DNA from: Candidatus Saccharimonadota bacterium
GTDB taxonomy: Bacteria > Patescibacteriota > Saccharimonadia > Saccharimonadales > Saccharimonadaceae
Reading direction: 5' to 3'
Assembly (NCBI GenBank): GCA_017514025.1
Contig: JAFWLB010000002.1
Span: 62,346 to 126,345 of the forward strand
DNA length: 64,000 bases
Both the position numbers and the translations under genes were made by a program. The notes beneath the pieces are model-generated. The model was not told the DNA's origin, searched no databases, and saw only the letters and a list, made by a program, of their open reading frames with translations. Shown piece by piece: positions 36,521 through 46,607 of this stretch. Each line of letters opens with the position of its first letter. The stretch's first letter is position 1.

Positions 36521-36715
36521 TTAGTTAGCAACAAATGGCAAAAGTGCCAAGTGGCGGGCACGCTTGACAGCGACAGCTAGTTGGCGTTGCTGCTTGGCAG
36601 ACAAACCAGTCTTGCTGATAGGCTCAATGCGGCCGTAGATATCGAGATAGCGTTGCAAGGTTTTAACATCGCGATAATCGAAATAGAGGTTGGGGTCACT
36701 TTTAATTTTTTTCAT
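36521..36715 (-). CDS. rpsR: 30S ribosomal protein S18 (Cys-free form)
   Basis: DYRDV..L, G.I.P...TG.SAK.QRQL..AVKRAR.LALLPF. Confidence 0.96.
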   Translation of the reverse strand: MKKIKSDPNLYFDYRDVKTLQRYLDIYGRIEPISKTGLSAKQQRQLAVAVKRARHLALLPFVAN

Positions 36716-36739
36716 AGATTCTCCTTCGTTTGATAATGA

Positions 36740-37228
36740 TTAAAATGGGACTTCGCTGAGATCGATTTGACCTTCGGCATCAGCGGGGATGTCACCACCG
36801 GCAGGGGCGTCAGCGGGGTCGCTGGAGCCCTCGGCGGAATCGGCTGAAGTCACAGTGTCAGAAGCACCAAAGCTACTGGTGCCGTTGCTGGATGGGGCAC
36901 TACCGGTGAAATTGAAGTCTTCGACAACGATTTCGGTGCGAGAACGTTTTTGACCGGTGTTTTTGTCTTCCCAGCTGCGTTGGTCAAGACGACCGGAGAC
37001 AAGCACGCCAGAACCTTTTTTGGCGTATTGGTTGATCATCTCGCCGAGTTTGCCCCAAGCGGAACAGTCGATGAAAGACACGTCCTCTCTTTGGGCGCCA
37101 TTGGCATCTTTATAGACACGATTGACGGCAACGGAAAAGCTACAGACACTAGCGCCGTTAGGTGTAGTGCGAAGCTCCGGGTCGCGAGTTAAGTTACCAG
37201 TAATAATTGCTTTTGAAAAACCGCGCAT
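36740..37228 (-). CDS. ssb: Single-stranded DNA-binding protein
   Basis: GNLTRDPELR, KG..VLVSGRL..RSWE, acidic tail ending VPF. Confidence 0.97.
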   Translation of the reverse strand: MRGFSKAIITGNLTRDPELRTTPNGASVCSFSVAVNRVYKDANGAQREDVSFIDCSAWGKLGEMINQYAKKGSGVLVSGRLDQRSWEDKNTGQKRSRTEIVVEDFNFTGSAPSSNGTSSFGASDTVTSADSAEGSSDPADAPAGGDIPADAEGQIDLSEVPF

Positions 37229-37231
37229 AAG

Positions 37232-37654
37232 TTATGCCTCCTCTTTATTATCATTAGTGTCAGTTTCGCTAGCTTCTTCAGAATCTTTGGGCTCCTCAGC
37301 TTCTTCGATTCCTTCGGATTCGGCGACTTTTTCGGCCTTTTCGGCTCGCTTGACGGCGAGTTTAGCCTTGCGAGGGTCAGCCTTGACAAGTAGGTAGCGC
37401 AAAATCTCGTCAGAGATGTTGAAAACGCTAGAGATCTTGGCTGGGGCCTCGGCAGGAAGCTGAAGCTCGAAATAATAAAAGATGCCAAATTCTTGCTTCC
37501 CTATCTTGTAGGCAAGGCGTTTTTTGCCGTCGACTTCTTCGGCTTTGATAATGGCTTTGCTACTCTCGAGAGTCTTTTTGACCTTGTCGAGAGCTGGGTC
37601 GATATTCATCTCGAGATCGGGATGAAATACGACGGTGAGTTCGTAATCTTTCAT
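37232..37654 (-). CDS. rpsF: 30S ribosomal protein S6
   Basis: MKDYEL...HP, G.KRLAY.I, ILRYL; GGAG SD; start at 37654. Confidence 0.95.
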   Translation of the reverse strand: MKDYELTVVFHPDLEMNIDPALDKVKKTLESSKAIIKAEEVDGKKRLAYKIGKQEFGIFYYFELQLPAEAPAKISSVFNISDEILRYLLVKADPRKAKLAVKRAEKAEKVAESEGIEEAEEPKDSEEASETDTNDNKEEA

Positions 37655-37766
37655 AAAACTCCTTTGGTTAAAGCAAACGCCGTTCTCCGCTTTTGACTTT
37701 TGCGGGTTGACGCATTTGCTGAGCTGATATTGGTGCAATTGTATCATATGCTTCCTTCCCTGTCAA
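37655..37766 (-). promoter_or_regulatory. rpsF promoter and structured leader (candidate S6:S18 autoregulatory element)
   Basis: TTGACA-17-TACAAT (37766-37738); leader hairpin AGCAAATGC...CCCGC...GCGG...GCGTTTGCT (37720-37672) next to the SD. Confidence 0.55.
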
Positions 37767-37804
37767 CTGGTTGCAAAGTTCTCTAGAATTGTTATAATAA
37801 GTTT

Positions 37805-38443
37805 ATGGTTAAAGATTATTTATTGGCGCACAAAAAACTGGTAGCTTGGGTGGCGATCTCAGTAATAGTGATTATTGTGGTGATACTAGTGATTTTGGAT
37901 ATTTTGAGGAGTACTACGGTGAGTATTTTAGTGACCCCAAGGGAAGCGACGGTGTCAATCAATGGAGATAATTACACAAACGGAACTTATCGAATTTTCC
38001 CGACCGAAAGGGCTACTGTGACGATTAAAGCGCCGGGGTTTGAGGAGAAGAGTTTTGAATTGGATTTTCCGGCAAACACGACGGTGGCAATACAAGACTA
38101 TTTAGTGAATTTAGAGGAAGGGATGAGCTATTACGAGAGTGATGCGGAGGATTATGCGATATTGAAATTGGTAGCAAAAGACGAAACGGCGCTAGATTTT
38201 ATTGCTGATTTTGAACAGAAGTTGAGTATTAAAGATTATTTACCATTAGTGCATTATGGGGAAGGAATTGGGGGCGGAGCGATAGAAATTACTGATGCAA
38301 GTGACGCGGAGAACTGTAATAGGATTGTCTGTTTGCAGGTGTCCAGTAATATAGGAGAAGACGCAGTAAAGCAAGTACTGCGCGACAAAGGTTTTAATTA
38401 TGACGATTATCTGGTGTTTTATCAGACTTATAATGGGGTCTAG
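37805..38443 (+). CDS. TM-anchored PEGA-like domain protein
   Basis: TM then 'VSILVTPREATVSING...VTIKAPGF'. Confidence 0.65.
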   Translation: MVKDYLLAHKKLVAWVAISVIVIIVVILVILDILRSTTVSILVTPREATVSINGDNYTNGTYRIFPTERATVTIKAPGFEEKSFELDFPANTTVAIQDYLVNLEEGMSYYESDAEDYAILKLVAKDETALDFIADFEQKLSIKDYLPLVHYGEGIGGGAIEITDASDAENCNRIVCLQVSSNIGEDAVKQVLRDKGFNYDDYLVFYQTYNGV

Positions 38444-38467
38444 ATTGAAGATTTGAAACGGTTAAAA

Positions 38468-39220
38468 TTAAGCGCCGTCGCAGTAGTCGGGGATTTCGAA
38501 GTTGAAATCGCTGGGATTAAAGCCTTTTTGCTTTAGCCACTGGTTAGTGAGTTCGAGGGCGCGGGTTTTGATGGATTGGTCACCGCAAGAATTGACGGAG
38601 ATTTCATAACGAGTAAGAGAACCTCTTTCCCTACCGACCCTGGAAACAGTGACGGTGGGGATTTCGGATTGATTAATAGTGTGGGGGAGATAGTTAACGA
38701 GATCAAGGGGATTTTTGGTAGGTGTAATGATTTTAAGCGCATCATAAGATAAGACGGTGCCGCCCTTATAGCTGAGAGTGAGTTGGTAGTTGTTTTTGGT
38801 GGTGCCGGTGAGTTGAGCGATGAATTCTTTGCCATCGCTAGCAACGAGGGTAAAAATATAAGTGTCGCCCTCGGTAGCGAGGCTATCTTTTTTGTAGCTG
38901 ATTTTTTCGACCTGGGGGAGAGTGTTATGGAAGAAGACTTGGAGTTGGTTTTTGACGGCAGAGGCAAGATCGGAATCCATTTGGCTGGCTACTTGTTCGT
39001 AGCCGACAAAAACGGGACCATCGGAGCTGATGGCGCCAGTGTTGAGGGTGTTGATGGTTTCACCAGAGACGGAATCGACATAGGTGTGGGAATCCTGGCG
39101 ATTGGCGAGCCAGAAAGAAACAACGACAATGGCGAAAACGGCGATGCCAATGAAGATATAAGATATAACTTTGGTAAGTTCTTGGTTGTTGGTGAAAAAG
39201 TTGTGGAGTTTGTTTTGCAT
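38468..39220 (-). CDS. Hypothetical TM-anchored extracytoplasmic protein
   Basis: 250 aa, single TM, C-terminal Cys pair; 4 nt downstream of the large hydrolase gene. Confidence 0.7.
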   Translation of the reverse strand: MQNKLHNFFTNNQELTKVISYIFIGIAVFAIVVVSFWLANRQDSHTYVDSVSGETINTLNTGAISSDGPVFVGYEQVASQMDSDLASAVKNQLQVFFHNTLPQVEKISYKKDSLATEGDTYIFTLVASDGKEFIAQLTGTTKNNYQLTLSYKGGTVLSYDALKIITPTKNPLDLVNYLPHTINQSEIPTVTVSRVGRERGSLTRYEISVNSCGDQSIKTRALELTNQWLKQKGFNPSDFNFEIPDYCDGA

Positions 39221-39224
39221 ATTA

Positions 39225-42200
39225 TTATTTCCTCTTTATTGCTTGAAATGTATTCATGGTAGGATAAATTGTACTAGGATCCCATTCTTTATTGAGGGTG
39301 TTATCTTCGCCATTGCCTTTACTGTCGGCGACAAGCCATTTGCCGCTACCGGTGATACCACGGATACCGATGCAGTGACCACCGCTAGTAAAGGGTTCGC
39401 CGCCGTTGCCGCAAGTCCAAATCATCCAGCCATCTTTGAGCTTGGCGCTGACTTCTTCCATGGAAGGACTGCCCATGTCTTCGTGTTTGAGGCCGAAGTG
39501 ATCGGCAATAATGGCAGGCAAAGAATGACTGGAACCGGCGCCACAAACATGCCCACCACGATCGCCAGCATACTTACCGACTTCGTCTGGCAAAATCTCC
39601 TTGCCAGTGAGAGCGGTAGCCATCATGGCAAAAGATGCTACGCCGCAGCCACCTTCGCAAACATTATTACCTCCTCCAGGGCATGGTGGGCCGAATTCAG
39701 CATTAGCCCACCTGTCGTCGCATTGATTATACCACGGAAAGTCACCAGTCCAAGTATTATTATCACATGGGTCGTCATTTTGACCTTGAAGAGATTTAGA
39801 TACCATGTTCCAAATGTTGCCGGGGTCGGTATGGTCATTATCGGGAACGTGCATGTGGCCGAGAATGCCCTTGTAATTTTTGAAGTCATTGACACTGAGG
39901 CGGCTGGGGCTTTCCCAGTCTACATTGGTGGTGAGGGGAATGCTGGTCTCGGAACTGATGGCGGCAAGAAGCTTGCCGAGGTAAGCCCAGCTGTCATCGC
40001 TGAAGTTATCACTATTTAGTAAATACCAGTCGCTATCTTTATGGTCATCGGAGAAACCAATGATTTCGATTTGGACGCCAGCGGCATCATCGTGAGATGC
40101 GACGGCGTCAGCAGGTTTAGTGATGGGAAGATGTTGGAAGACTTTTTTAGTTTTCATGTTGATAGTGAAGTGTGCTGGAAAAATACCGTGGCCGTGATCA
40201 TTGCCATAAAGGGCAAGGCCGCTGTTGCCATCGCCGGCATCTCCGTCAGTGCTGTGGAGAGTGATTTTGTTGGGGCCGGAACTGCCGTCTTTAGGAGAGA
40301 CGGTGGAATAATCACCATTGTGAGCGCTGTCGCCGAGTTTATAGCTAGAACCGACGGCGGGTTCTTTGACATAGCCTTCCATGCCACCAGTGATCCAGCC
40401 GTCCGCCCATTGCACGGTGGAGCTGGCGACGCCGTCACTATTGGAGTTGTAGGAAGTGGAGACGCTTTCACCGAGGATTTCGGAAAGCTTGTCGGTGTTT
40501 ATGTGGCCATTGAGGTCGGCGTAGAGGATGCCAGATTCTGGCATAGAATAGCGCCAAACGTAGGCGAGACCATCACTTTTGCCTCTCCAGCCACCCCAAG
40601 CGGCTTCGATGGTGATGACTTCGTCGCCTTCTACACCGACAACGATGCCGGTGTGATTATCGCTACCGTGAACGACGGTGCCACCGGGGTTGGAAAAGAC
40701 GGAAAAGGCAATGGGTTTATCACTAGTTTCCAGATGATAATCGGCGGCAAGGTTGCCGGCGGTGTCGAGACCGTCACCCCTGGTAGGATTGTCGGTGTTA
40801 CCGCCCGTTAAATCAGTTAGGTTTGCGACGAACCAGCCACTAAAGGCTACACAGTTTTCTTTGGTGCCTTGATAATAGCCTGAACCTAGAGGAGTGGAGT
40901 CGGCATTGTAGTAGTCGGCGATTTTTTGGGCTTGAGCTTCGGTGAGACCACCGGAGATTGTAGTGGCTTGGTCAGGCTTCTCACAACAGGGGTCGTCTTG
41001 CTTGTTAGTATTACTACTGGTGCCAAGCCCCTGCATGATGAGATCGACGAAGAGTTGACCGCCTTCGGCGTTGGGGTGGACGGCATCTTGCATGTATTTA
41101 CCGGGGTCTTGACTGGCTTCAGTTTTCCAGTCGACGAGGATAACTTTATCATTAGCCTCGGCGAATTTTTTGAAGTTTTCGTTGTTGATGTTATATTCTT
41201 TGTCGGAGTCGCGGTAGTAATTAGTGAGAATGACAATTTTTTCACAGCTACTAGCTAGGTCTAGAAGTTCATTGAGTTTGTCTTCAGAGACGGCCCTACC
41301 GCTTTTGTTGCCATTATTTGATCCAAGGGCAAAAACGAGGTTTTGACGAAGTTTGCCTTCATCCTTGAGTTTCTTGAGAATAGTGAGACCATCTTCGCCA
41401 CCTTGCGCATCATAGCCGCTAGGATCCCAGAAAGGTTTGGAAGATTGAACGTAGAGGTCGGCGTTGGGGAGTTTTTCATTGTAGATAGACTGGGCGCCGT
41501 AGCTGATGGAGTCGCCAATGACGGTGACGTCGGAGCCGTCGCCGGTGTAGGTGCCATTGGTTTTGCCGCCACCAGCGCTAGTGCGGCCAGTGGACATACT
41601 AGAGCAGTCGGCGTGGAGAGAGTGTGGCTCGGCGTTAATCTGATTTTTGATGTCGCCGTTCACCGGCCAGTTGCCGCCTTTGGGGATGTCTTTTTGTTTT
41701 TGGAGTTCAGTGGAAGTGGGATAGCCCATAGATTTGGCGACTTCGTGGATTTTGTCGATATCCTGATCATAAACTGAGAGATAGTAGGAGCCGCAGCCGG
41801 CAGTACAGTAGATGCCATCGGTTTCAGCTAAGAGGAATTGGCGCGGGTCAAAGTTGCTAGGCTGGGCGTATTCAAAGGCGGCGTCATAGGCGCCATTACG
41901 AAGATAGTCGGCAGCGAAAGACATAAACATGTCGGCAAGGTTTTCATACATGGAGCCGAAGCCACCATCGGAGTGCCAGGCGCGACAGGAACCCATTTCG
42001 TCAGCGGAGATGCCGTAAAGTGAGCTGTTGCCGTATTTGTAGCCCATCCAGTTGTAATAGCCGCATAATTCGGTAGTGTGAGCGACTGATGGGTCGGCGA
42101 GGCCAAAGTGCGATTCGGCGTGGGCGTGAATGATAGGGATTTCCCAGGGAATGCCGTATTCTATCTGCATATTCATAAGCATGGAGCCGTATTTTTCGAC

Positions 42201-42485
42201 TACTTCGACAAGACGCTCTTCCCAGGTAGAACCGGTAATTTCACCACCGCAAGGACCGCTGATATTGCTAGCGTTGCAAGGCATCCAGTTGGTGATATTA
42301 TTCTGGGAGAATAAATTGCGATCTGCTTGAAGAAGAGTAGTGGAGTCTCCCTTTTGCGTATTGGCGGCAGAAGCAGGTGTTCCTCCTATCAAGAACACTA
42401 GGAACAAAAAGAAAAACAAAAAAATTGTTTTAAGTTTTCGCTGACAAACTATTGAATACTGAAAACCATTGCTCCCACTAAGCAT
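39225..42485 (-). CDS. Secreted 1086-aa multidomain cell-wall hydrolase (lysozyme-like, SGNH, CHAP, amidase_2, C39-like)
   Basis: Signal peptide; 'HAESHFG' glycosidase-like; GDS/GSNN/DAVH; NCVAF...HTGIV; TLHST...GHMHVP.NDHTDPG; YNQ...GCG...GHC...ADS. Confidence 0.8.
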   Translation of the reverse strand: MLSGSNGFQYSIVCQRKLKTIFLFFFLFLVFLIGGTPASAANTQKGDSTTLLQADRNLFSQNNITNWMPCNASNISGPCGGEITGSTWEERLVEVVEKYGSMLMNMQIEYGIPWEIPIIHAHAESHFGLADPSVAHTTELCGYYNWMGYKYGNSSLYGISADEMGSCRAWHSDGGFGSMYENLADMFMSFAADYLRNGAYDAAFEYAQPSNFDPRQFLLAETDGIYCTAGCGSYYLSVYDQDIDKIHEVAKSMGYPTSTELQKQKDIPKGGNWPVNGDIKNQINAEPHSLHADCSSMSTGRTSAGGGKTNGTYTGDGSDVTVIGDSISYGAQSIYNEKLPNADLYVQSSKPFWDPSGYDAQGGEDGLTILKKLKDEGKLRQNLVFALGSNNGNKSGRAVSEDKLNELLDLASSCEKIVILTNYYRDSDKEYNINNENFKKFAEANDKVILVDWKTEASQDPGKYMQDAVHPNAEGGQLFVDLIMQGLGTSSNTNKQDDPCCEKPDQATTISGGLTEAQAQKIADYYNADSTPLGSGYYQGTKENCVAFSGWFVANLTDLTGGNTDNPTRGDGLDTAGNLAADYHLETSDKPIAFSVFSNPGGTVVHGSDNHTGIVVGVEGDEVITIEAAWGGWRGKSDGLAYVWRYSMPESGILYADLNGHINTDKLSEILGESVSTSYNSNSDGVASSTVQWADGWITGGMEGYVKEPAVGSSYKLGDSAHNGDYSTVSPKDGSSGPNKITLHSTDGDAGDGNSGLALYGNDHGHGIFPAHFTINMKTKKVFQHLPITKPADAVASHDDAAGVQIEIIGFSDDHKDSDWYLLNSDNFSDDSWAYLGKLLAAISSETSIPLTTNVDWESPSRLSVNDFKNYKGILGHMHVPDNDHTDPGNIWNMVSKSLQGQNDDPCDNNTWTGDFPWYNQCDDRWANAEFGPPCPGGGNNVCEGGCGVASFAMMATALTGKEILPDEVGKYAGDRGGHVCGAGSSHSLPAIIADHFGLKHEDMGSPSMEEVSAKLKDGWMIWTCGNGGEPFTSGGHCIGIRGITGSGKWLVADSKGNGEDNTLNKEWDPSTIYPTMNTFQAIKRK

Positions 42486-42511
42486 ATGGTTATATTATAG
42501 CACATGGTGAT

Positions 42512-42612
42512 GCTAGGCGGAAGCCAAACTATCGACTTTTGCGAAGCAAAAGTCGTCCAGCGTCGCTCGCTCAATAAAACAAAAGCTTTTGTTTTATGTT
42601 TGCTCCGCTAGC
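42512..42612. repeat. ~100-bp branched palindromic (REP/MITE-like) element
   Basis: Outer arms GCTAG(G)CGGA / TCCGCTAGC enclose hairpins CGACTTTTGC-gaa-GCAAAAGTCG (42533-42555) and ATAAAACAAAAGCTTTTGTTTTAT (42574-42597). Confidence 0.7.
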
Positions 42613-44795
42613 TGGTCAAATTCTTCCATGGAATTGATGAGGAGTTCGCGGGGCTTGGTGCCACGAGTGGGGCCGACGACACCGATGTCTTCGAGCCAAT
42701 AGCCGAGGCCGGAAACCCAACCGTGGCCCTTGGAAAGGCGAGATTGGAGGGCACCAGTAGAAAACTTACCGTTAGCGAGGGAAATTTCGATGGCTTTACG
42801 AACTAGCGGGTCGTTAGGATCAAAAGTACGACCAAGACCGCCCATGTCGCCACCGCCACCTTTGAGCGAGACAGCCTGAGCAATGACTTCGTCGTTGTAT
42901 TGAGGTGGTCGCTGATCTTTGAGGAATTTGGTGACTTTGTCGATATCTTCATCGGGGGTCCAGGCACCCTGGATGCGCTCGGGGCCGTTTTGAGTACCTT
43001 CGGTGGAGAGAAGCATGTCACCCTTGCCGAGGAGCTTCTCGGCACCAGAAAGGTCGAGGATGATGCGAGATTCCATAGAAGTGAGGACGCGGAAAGCGAT
43101 ACGAGAAGGGATGTTGCCCTTAATAAGGCCGGTGATAACTTTGACGATTGGTTTCTGAGTAGCGAGAACGAGATGCATACCGGCGGCACGACCGAGCTGA
43201 GCGATACGAACAATAAGTGGTTCGAGCTCTTTGCTGGCCTGCATCATGAGGTCGGACATTTCGTCAATAACAATGACGATGTAGGGCATTTTGCCGTTTT
43301 TGTCTTCTTCCCCGTCCTTCGAGGCAGGTTTTTTGGACATCTTTTTATTGTAATCGGAGATGGTTTTAACGCCTTCGTCGGCCATGAGGTCGTAGCGGCG
43401 ATCCATTTCGCCGGCGGCCCATTTCATAGCGGAGAGGGCTTTTTCAGTATTAGTAATGATAGGGGTTAGAAGGTGAGGGATGTCGTTGTAGGCGCGCATT
43501 TCGACTTTTTTAGGGTCAACGATAATCATGCGCATATCGGAAGGGGCGTTGCGATAGAGGAGAGACATAATGAGAGTGTTGGTCATGACGGATTTACCAG
43601 AACCGGTAGTACCGGCGATGAGAAGGTGGCGCATATCAGCTAGATCGGCGACGACGGGTTTACCGGAGATGTCCTTACCGATAGCGAAAGTGAGAGGACC
43701 ATGGGATTTTTTCCATTCTTCAGACTCGATAAGACCACGGAGAGAGACACCGGCGGCGCGAGTGTTGGGAACTTCGACACCAATAAGCTGAGTGCCGGGG
43801 ATAGGAGCTTCGATACGAATAGTAGTGGCGGAAAGTTTGTAGGCGAGCTCCTTGTCGCGGGCAGCGATTTTGGCGAGGTTGACACCGCCGGGAGCTTTGA
43901 GTGTATACTGAGTGACGCGGGGACCGACGTTGGCACCTTCCATTTCGACGTCAATGCCAAATTCGGCGAAGGTGTTTTTGATGATAAAGGCGTTTTGCTG
44001 GATGTTGCCGGCGTCAGCGGGGGATTGTTTTTTAGTCAGTAAGTTCGGTGAAGGCATTTTCCAATCTGGATCGGTGGTGGCGACGAGAGCAGTGGGTTCT
44101 TGAGGCTTAACGGCCTCGGCAACAGCTTTGCGGGAACTGGTTTTAGCGGGAGCAGGGGCTTCGTCCAAAGCGCCGACGCCAGAATTGACTTTGATTTCGA
44201 GCTGGCCGAGTTTTTTGTTTTTCTTGTCTTTGATCTCTTCGGCGGATTCGGGTTTTTCACGGTTTTTTAGATTTTTGGTGCCTTTGAAGAGTGTAACTGG
44301 AGAAAGCTGGAAAATGAAGAGAGCGGTGATGAAAATGAGAACGAGATAGATGAAGATGACGACGCCTTCGCTGAGGACGTTAAGCATCAAGGAATTGAGC
44401 CAGTCGCCGATAATGCCGCCGTTTTTAAAGATGGCGGCGATGCCGGAAATCCAGAAAATCATAAGAATGCTGGCGATGTAAACGGGAATGGCAACGCGGT
44501 TGTCTTCGGAGCGGAAGATTTTGACGGCGAGATAGACCAAGAGAGCCGGGATAAAATAGGTGGCAAAACCGAGACCTTTTAAGATGAATTGGTGGACATT
44601 GTTGGTGATAGTGCCACCCTGGCCAAACCAAGTGACAACGAAAAAGAGAGCTAGAGCCATCATGAGGACAGCACTAATTTGACGCCAAAAACCGCCCGGT
44701 AACTCGTGCTCAACGGGGGCTTCTTTGGCGCGCGATTTGGACTTGTTGGGGGTTTTGCGCTTTTTGGTTGATGTTTTTCTCTTTGTCGCAGGCAT
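42594..44795 (-). CDS. ftsK: DNA translocase FtsK/SpoIIIE
   Basis: N-terminal TMs; HLLIAGTTGSGKS, IVDPKKVE, IVIDEMSDLM, GMHLVLATQ, AEKLLGKGDML, gamma domain. Confidence 0.97.
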   Translation of the reverse strand: MPATKRKTSTKKRKTPNKSKSRAKEAPVEHELPGGFWRQISAVLMMALALFFVVTWFGQGGTITNNVHQFILKGLGFATYFIPALLVYLAVKIFRSEDNRVAIPVYIASILMIFWISGIAAIFKNGGIIGDWLNSLMLNVLSEGVVIFIYLVLIFITALFIFQLSPVTLFKGTKNLKNREKPESAEEIKDKKNKKLGQLEIKVNSGVGALDEAPAPAKTSSRKAVAEAVKPQEPTALVATTDPDWKMPSPNLLTKKQSPADAGNIQQNAFIIKNTFAEFGIDVEMEGANVGPRVTQYTLKAPGGVNLAKIAARDKELAYKLSATTIRIEAPIPGTQLIGVEVPNTRAAGVSLRGLIESEEWKKSHGPLTFAIGKDISGKPVVADLADMRHLLIAGTTGSGKSVMTNTLIMSLLYRNAPSDMRMIIVDPKKVEMRAYNDIPHLLTPIITNTEKALSAMKWAAGEMDRRYDLMADEGVKTISDYNKKMSKKPASKDGEEDKNGKMPYIVIVIDEMSDLMMQASKELEPLIVRIAQLGRAAGMHLVLATQKPIVKVITGLIKGNIPSRIAFRVLTSMESRIILDLSGAEKLLGKGDMLLSTEGTQNGPERIQGAWTPDEDIDKVTKFLKDQRPPQYNDEVIAQAVSLKGGGGDMGGLGRTFDPNDPLVRKAIEISLANGKFSTGALQSRLSKGHGWVSGLGYWLEDIGVVGPTRGTKPRELLINSMEEFDQLAEQT

Positions 44796-44903
44796 ATTTC
44801 AATTATAGCACACTTTAGGGAAAAACGCAAGCGGAATGGGGGTTGCAAGATGGTAGTCGGAGCTCTCTGGAGCATGGAAAAAAGGCGAGCTAGCAGTAAC
44901 CAT

Positions 44904-45803
44904 TTATGCTTCTTCCTGTTCTTTAGAGGATTTCCTAGAGGTGGACATCGCATCGGAGATGAGTTCGGTTTCGTCAAGTTCAAAGCGACGAGGATGGTGA
45001 CGGCCGTCGATTTTACCTTCGCGGTATTCATTGATGACGGCGACGTATTCAGCAGTGATGACACTGGTTGGCAGAGCAAAAACGACGATACCAACTAGAG
45101 TAGACAGGGTAGTGATAATGCGACCGAGAGGAGTGACGGGGACAATGTCGCCAAAACCGATGGTGGCCATTGAGGTGACAGCCCAGTAAACAGCATCAAG
45201 GAAATTCGGGAAAAGTTCCGGTTCTTCGTTGAACATGATGACGGCAACGGTGAAAATGTAGATCAAGAGAAGGGCAGCGGCAAAATAGAGGGGTTTAGCG
45301 GCACGTTTGAAAACAATTTTGATGATTTGGAGAGAACGGGAGTGGCGAAAGATACGCGCAACCTGAAGGAGACGAGCTACCCTAAGGAGGCGGAAGCCGC
45401 TGTTAATGCTGCTAGTGACAGAGAGGATGACGATAAGATCAATGATGGACATGGGGGCAAAGAAGTGGCGAATAAAGCTACGGGGGGAAGGGTCTTTGTA
45501 GCGGTAGTCGGCGGTAATGAATTGAAAGACATAATCAACAATGAAGACGAGGGCACAGATGATGTTGATGAGATGGAGGGGCCAGAGGCTTTCATCGTGG
45601 AAAATTAGGGGGATGAAGCTAGCCAAAGTGACAACAACCATAAAGCGATCGTAGATGCGAGAAGCGGAATGACCCTTGGAAAAAGGCTCGACGATATCAA
45701 AAATGTGGCGACGCCAATCTTTAGGAAGGCGAGAAGATTGCCTGGGTGAGCTTCCCTTTCCAGAGGCGCTTCCCTGTTTAGGTTTTTCCTCCTTTGTAAC
45801 CAT
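44904..45803 (-). CDS. Voltage-gated-type potassium channel (6TM)
   Basis: S4 'RLLRVARLLQVARIFR'; pore 'YWAVTSMATIGFGDIVP'. Confidence 0.9.
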   Translation of the reverse strand: MVTKEEKPKQGSASGKGSSPRQSSRLPKDWRRHIFDIVEPFSKGHSASRIYDRFMVVVTLASFIPLIFHDESLWPLHLINIICALVFIVDYVFQFITADYRYKDPSPRSFIRHFFAPMSIIDLIVILSVTSSINSGFRLLRVARLLQVARIFRHSRSLQIIKIVFKRAAKPLYFAAALLLIYIFTVAVIMFNEEPELFPNFLDAVYWAVTSMATIGFGDIVPVTPLGRIITTLSTLVGIVVFALPTSVITAEYVAVINEYREGKIDGRHHPRRFELDETELISDAMSTSRKSSKEQEEA

Positions 45804-45886
45804 AACTGTTTTTATTTTCGCTTATTTTCGGCGGAAAGTCAAGGTGTTGGAGTTTTTGAGGGTTTATGGTAGAATAGAGTTTACGT

Positions 45887-45961
45887 TGGGTCGTCGCCAA
45901 GTGGTAAGGCAACGGGTTTTGGTCCCGTCATTCGCAGGTTCGATCCCTGCCGACCCAGCCA
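45887..45961 (+). tRNA. tRNA-Gln (TTG)
   Basis: TGGGTCG-TCGCCAAGTGGTAAGGC-AACGGG-TTTTGGT-CCCGT-CATTC-GCAGG-TTCGATC-CCTGC-CGACCCA-G-CCA. Confidence 0.93.
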
Positions 45962-45965
45962 TTTT

Positions 45966-46607
45966 TTATTCGATGGTGATGGTAGAAGCGGGGGTGAGAG
46001 GGGCGAATTTGATACCTAATGGATCGCAAGTGTATTTAAGCCAGCTCAAGCTGTAAGTTTTGCCGAGATTAGAGAGGACGGCATCGTGGACTGGGATGAC
46101 TATTTCGGGGTGGACATCTTTGATATATTTGGCGGCGTCGGAAATTTTGGCCCAAGGAGCGGAAACTGGTACACAGAGGACTTTGGGGTGCTCTAATGGG
46201 GGAGTATCGAAAGAATCGCCGGGATTGGCAAAGAGATCGTCTATAATCACGCCGAGGTTGTCGCAAGGGATTTGCCCTTCGACGATAGAGGCGTGGGATT
46301 TGCCAAAGAACTGGATTTTGAAACTACCGACTTGGCGAGTTTCATCAGGGCGAACGACGATGGAACCGCTGATGAGGGGCGAGGCATCTGGGGTGGTAAA
46401 AATCGTGGCTGCGGAGTTACTGGCCAAAATATTGCTAATTACCCCTGGTTGGCAGTGATCGTCGTGTTTGTGAGTAATGATGATAGCAATAACCTCGCTA
46501 AAAAGGTGGGTGGGGAGTTTTTCGGTGAATTCAACAGGATCAATAAGGATAGTTTCGTGATTTTTGGTGAGGGCGAACCCAGAATGTTCTAGTTTAGTAA
46601 TTTCCAT
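45966..46607 (-). CDS. Metallo-beta-lactamase fold hydrolase
   Basis: LEHSGF, ILIDP, THKHDDH, 'SHA', PGDS, IPVHD. Confidence 0.88.
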   Translation of the reverse strand: MEITKLEHSGFALTKNHETILIDPVEFTEKLPTHLFSEVIAIIITHKHDDHCQPGVISNILASNSAATIFTTPDASPLISGSIVVRPDETRQVGSFKIQFFGKSHASIVEGQIPCDNLGVIIDDLFANPGDSFDTPPLEHPKVLCVPVSAPWAKISDAAKYIKDVHPEIVIPVHDAVLSNLGKTYSLSWLKYTCDPLGIKFAPLTPASTITIE

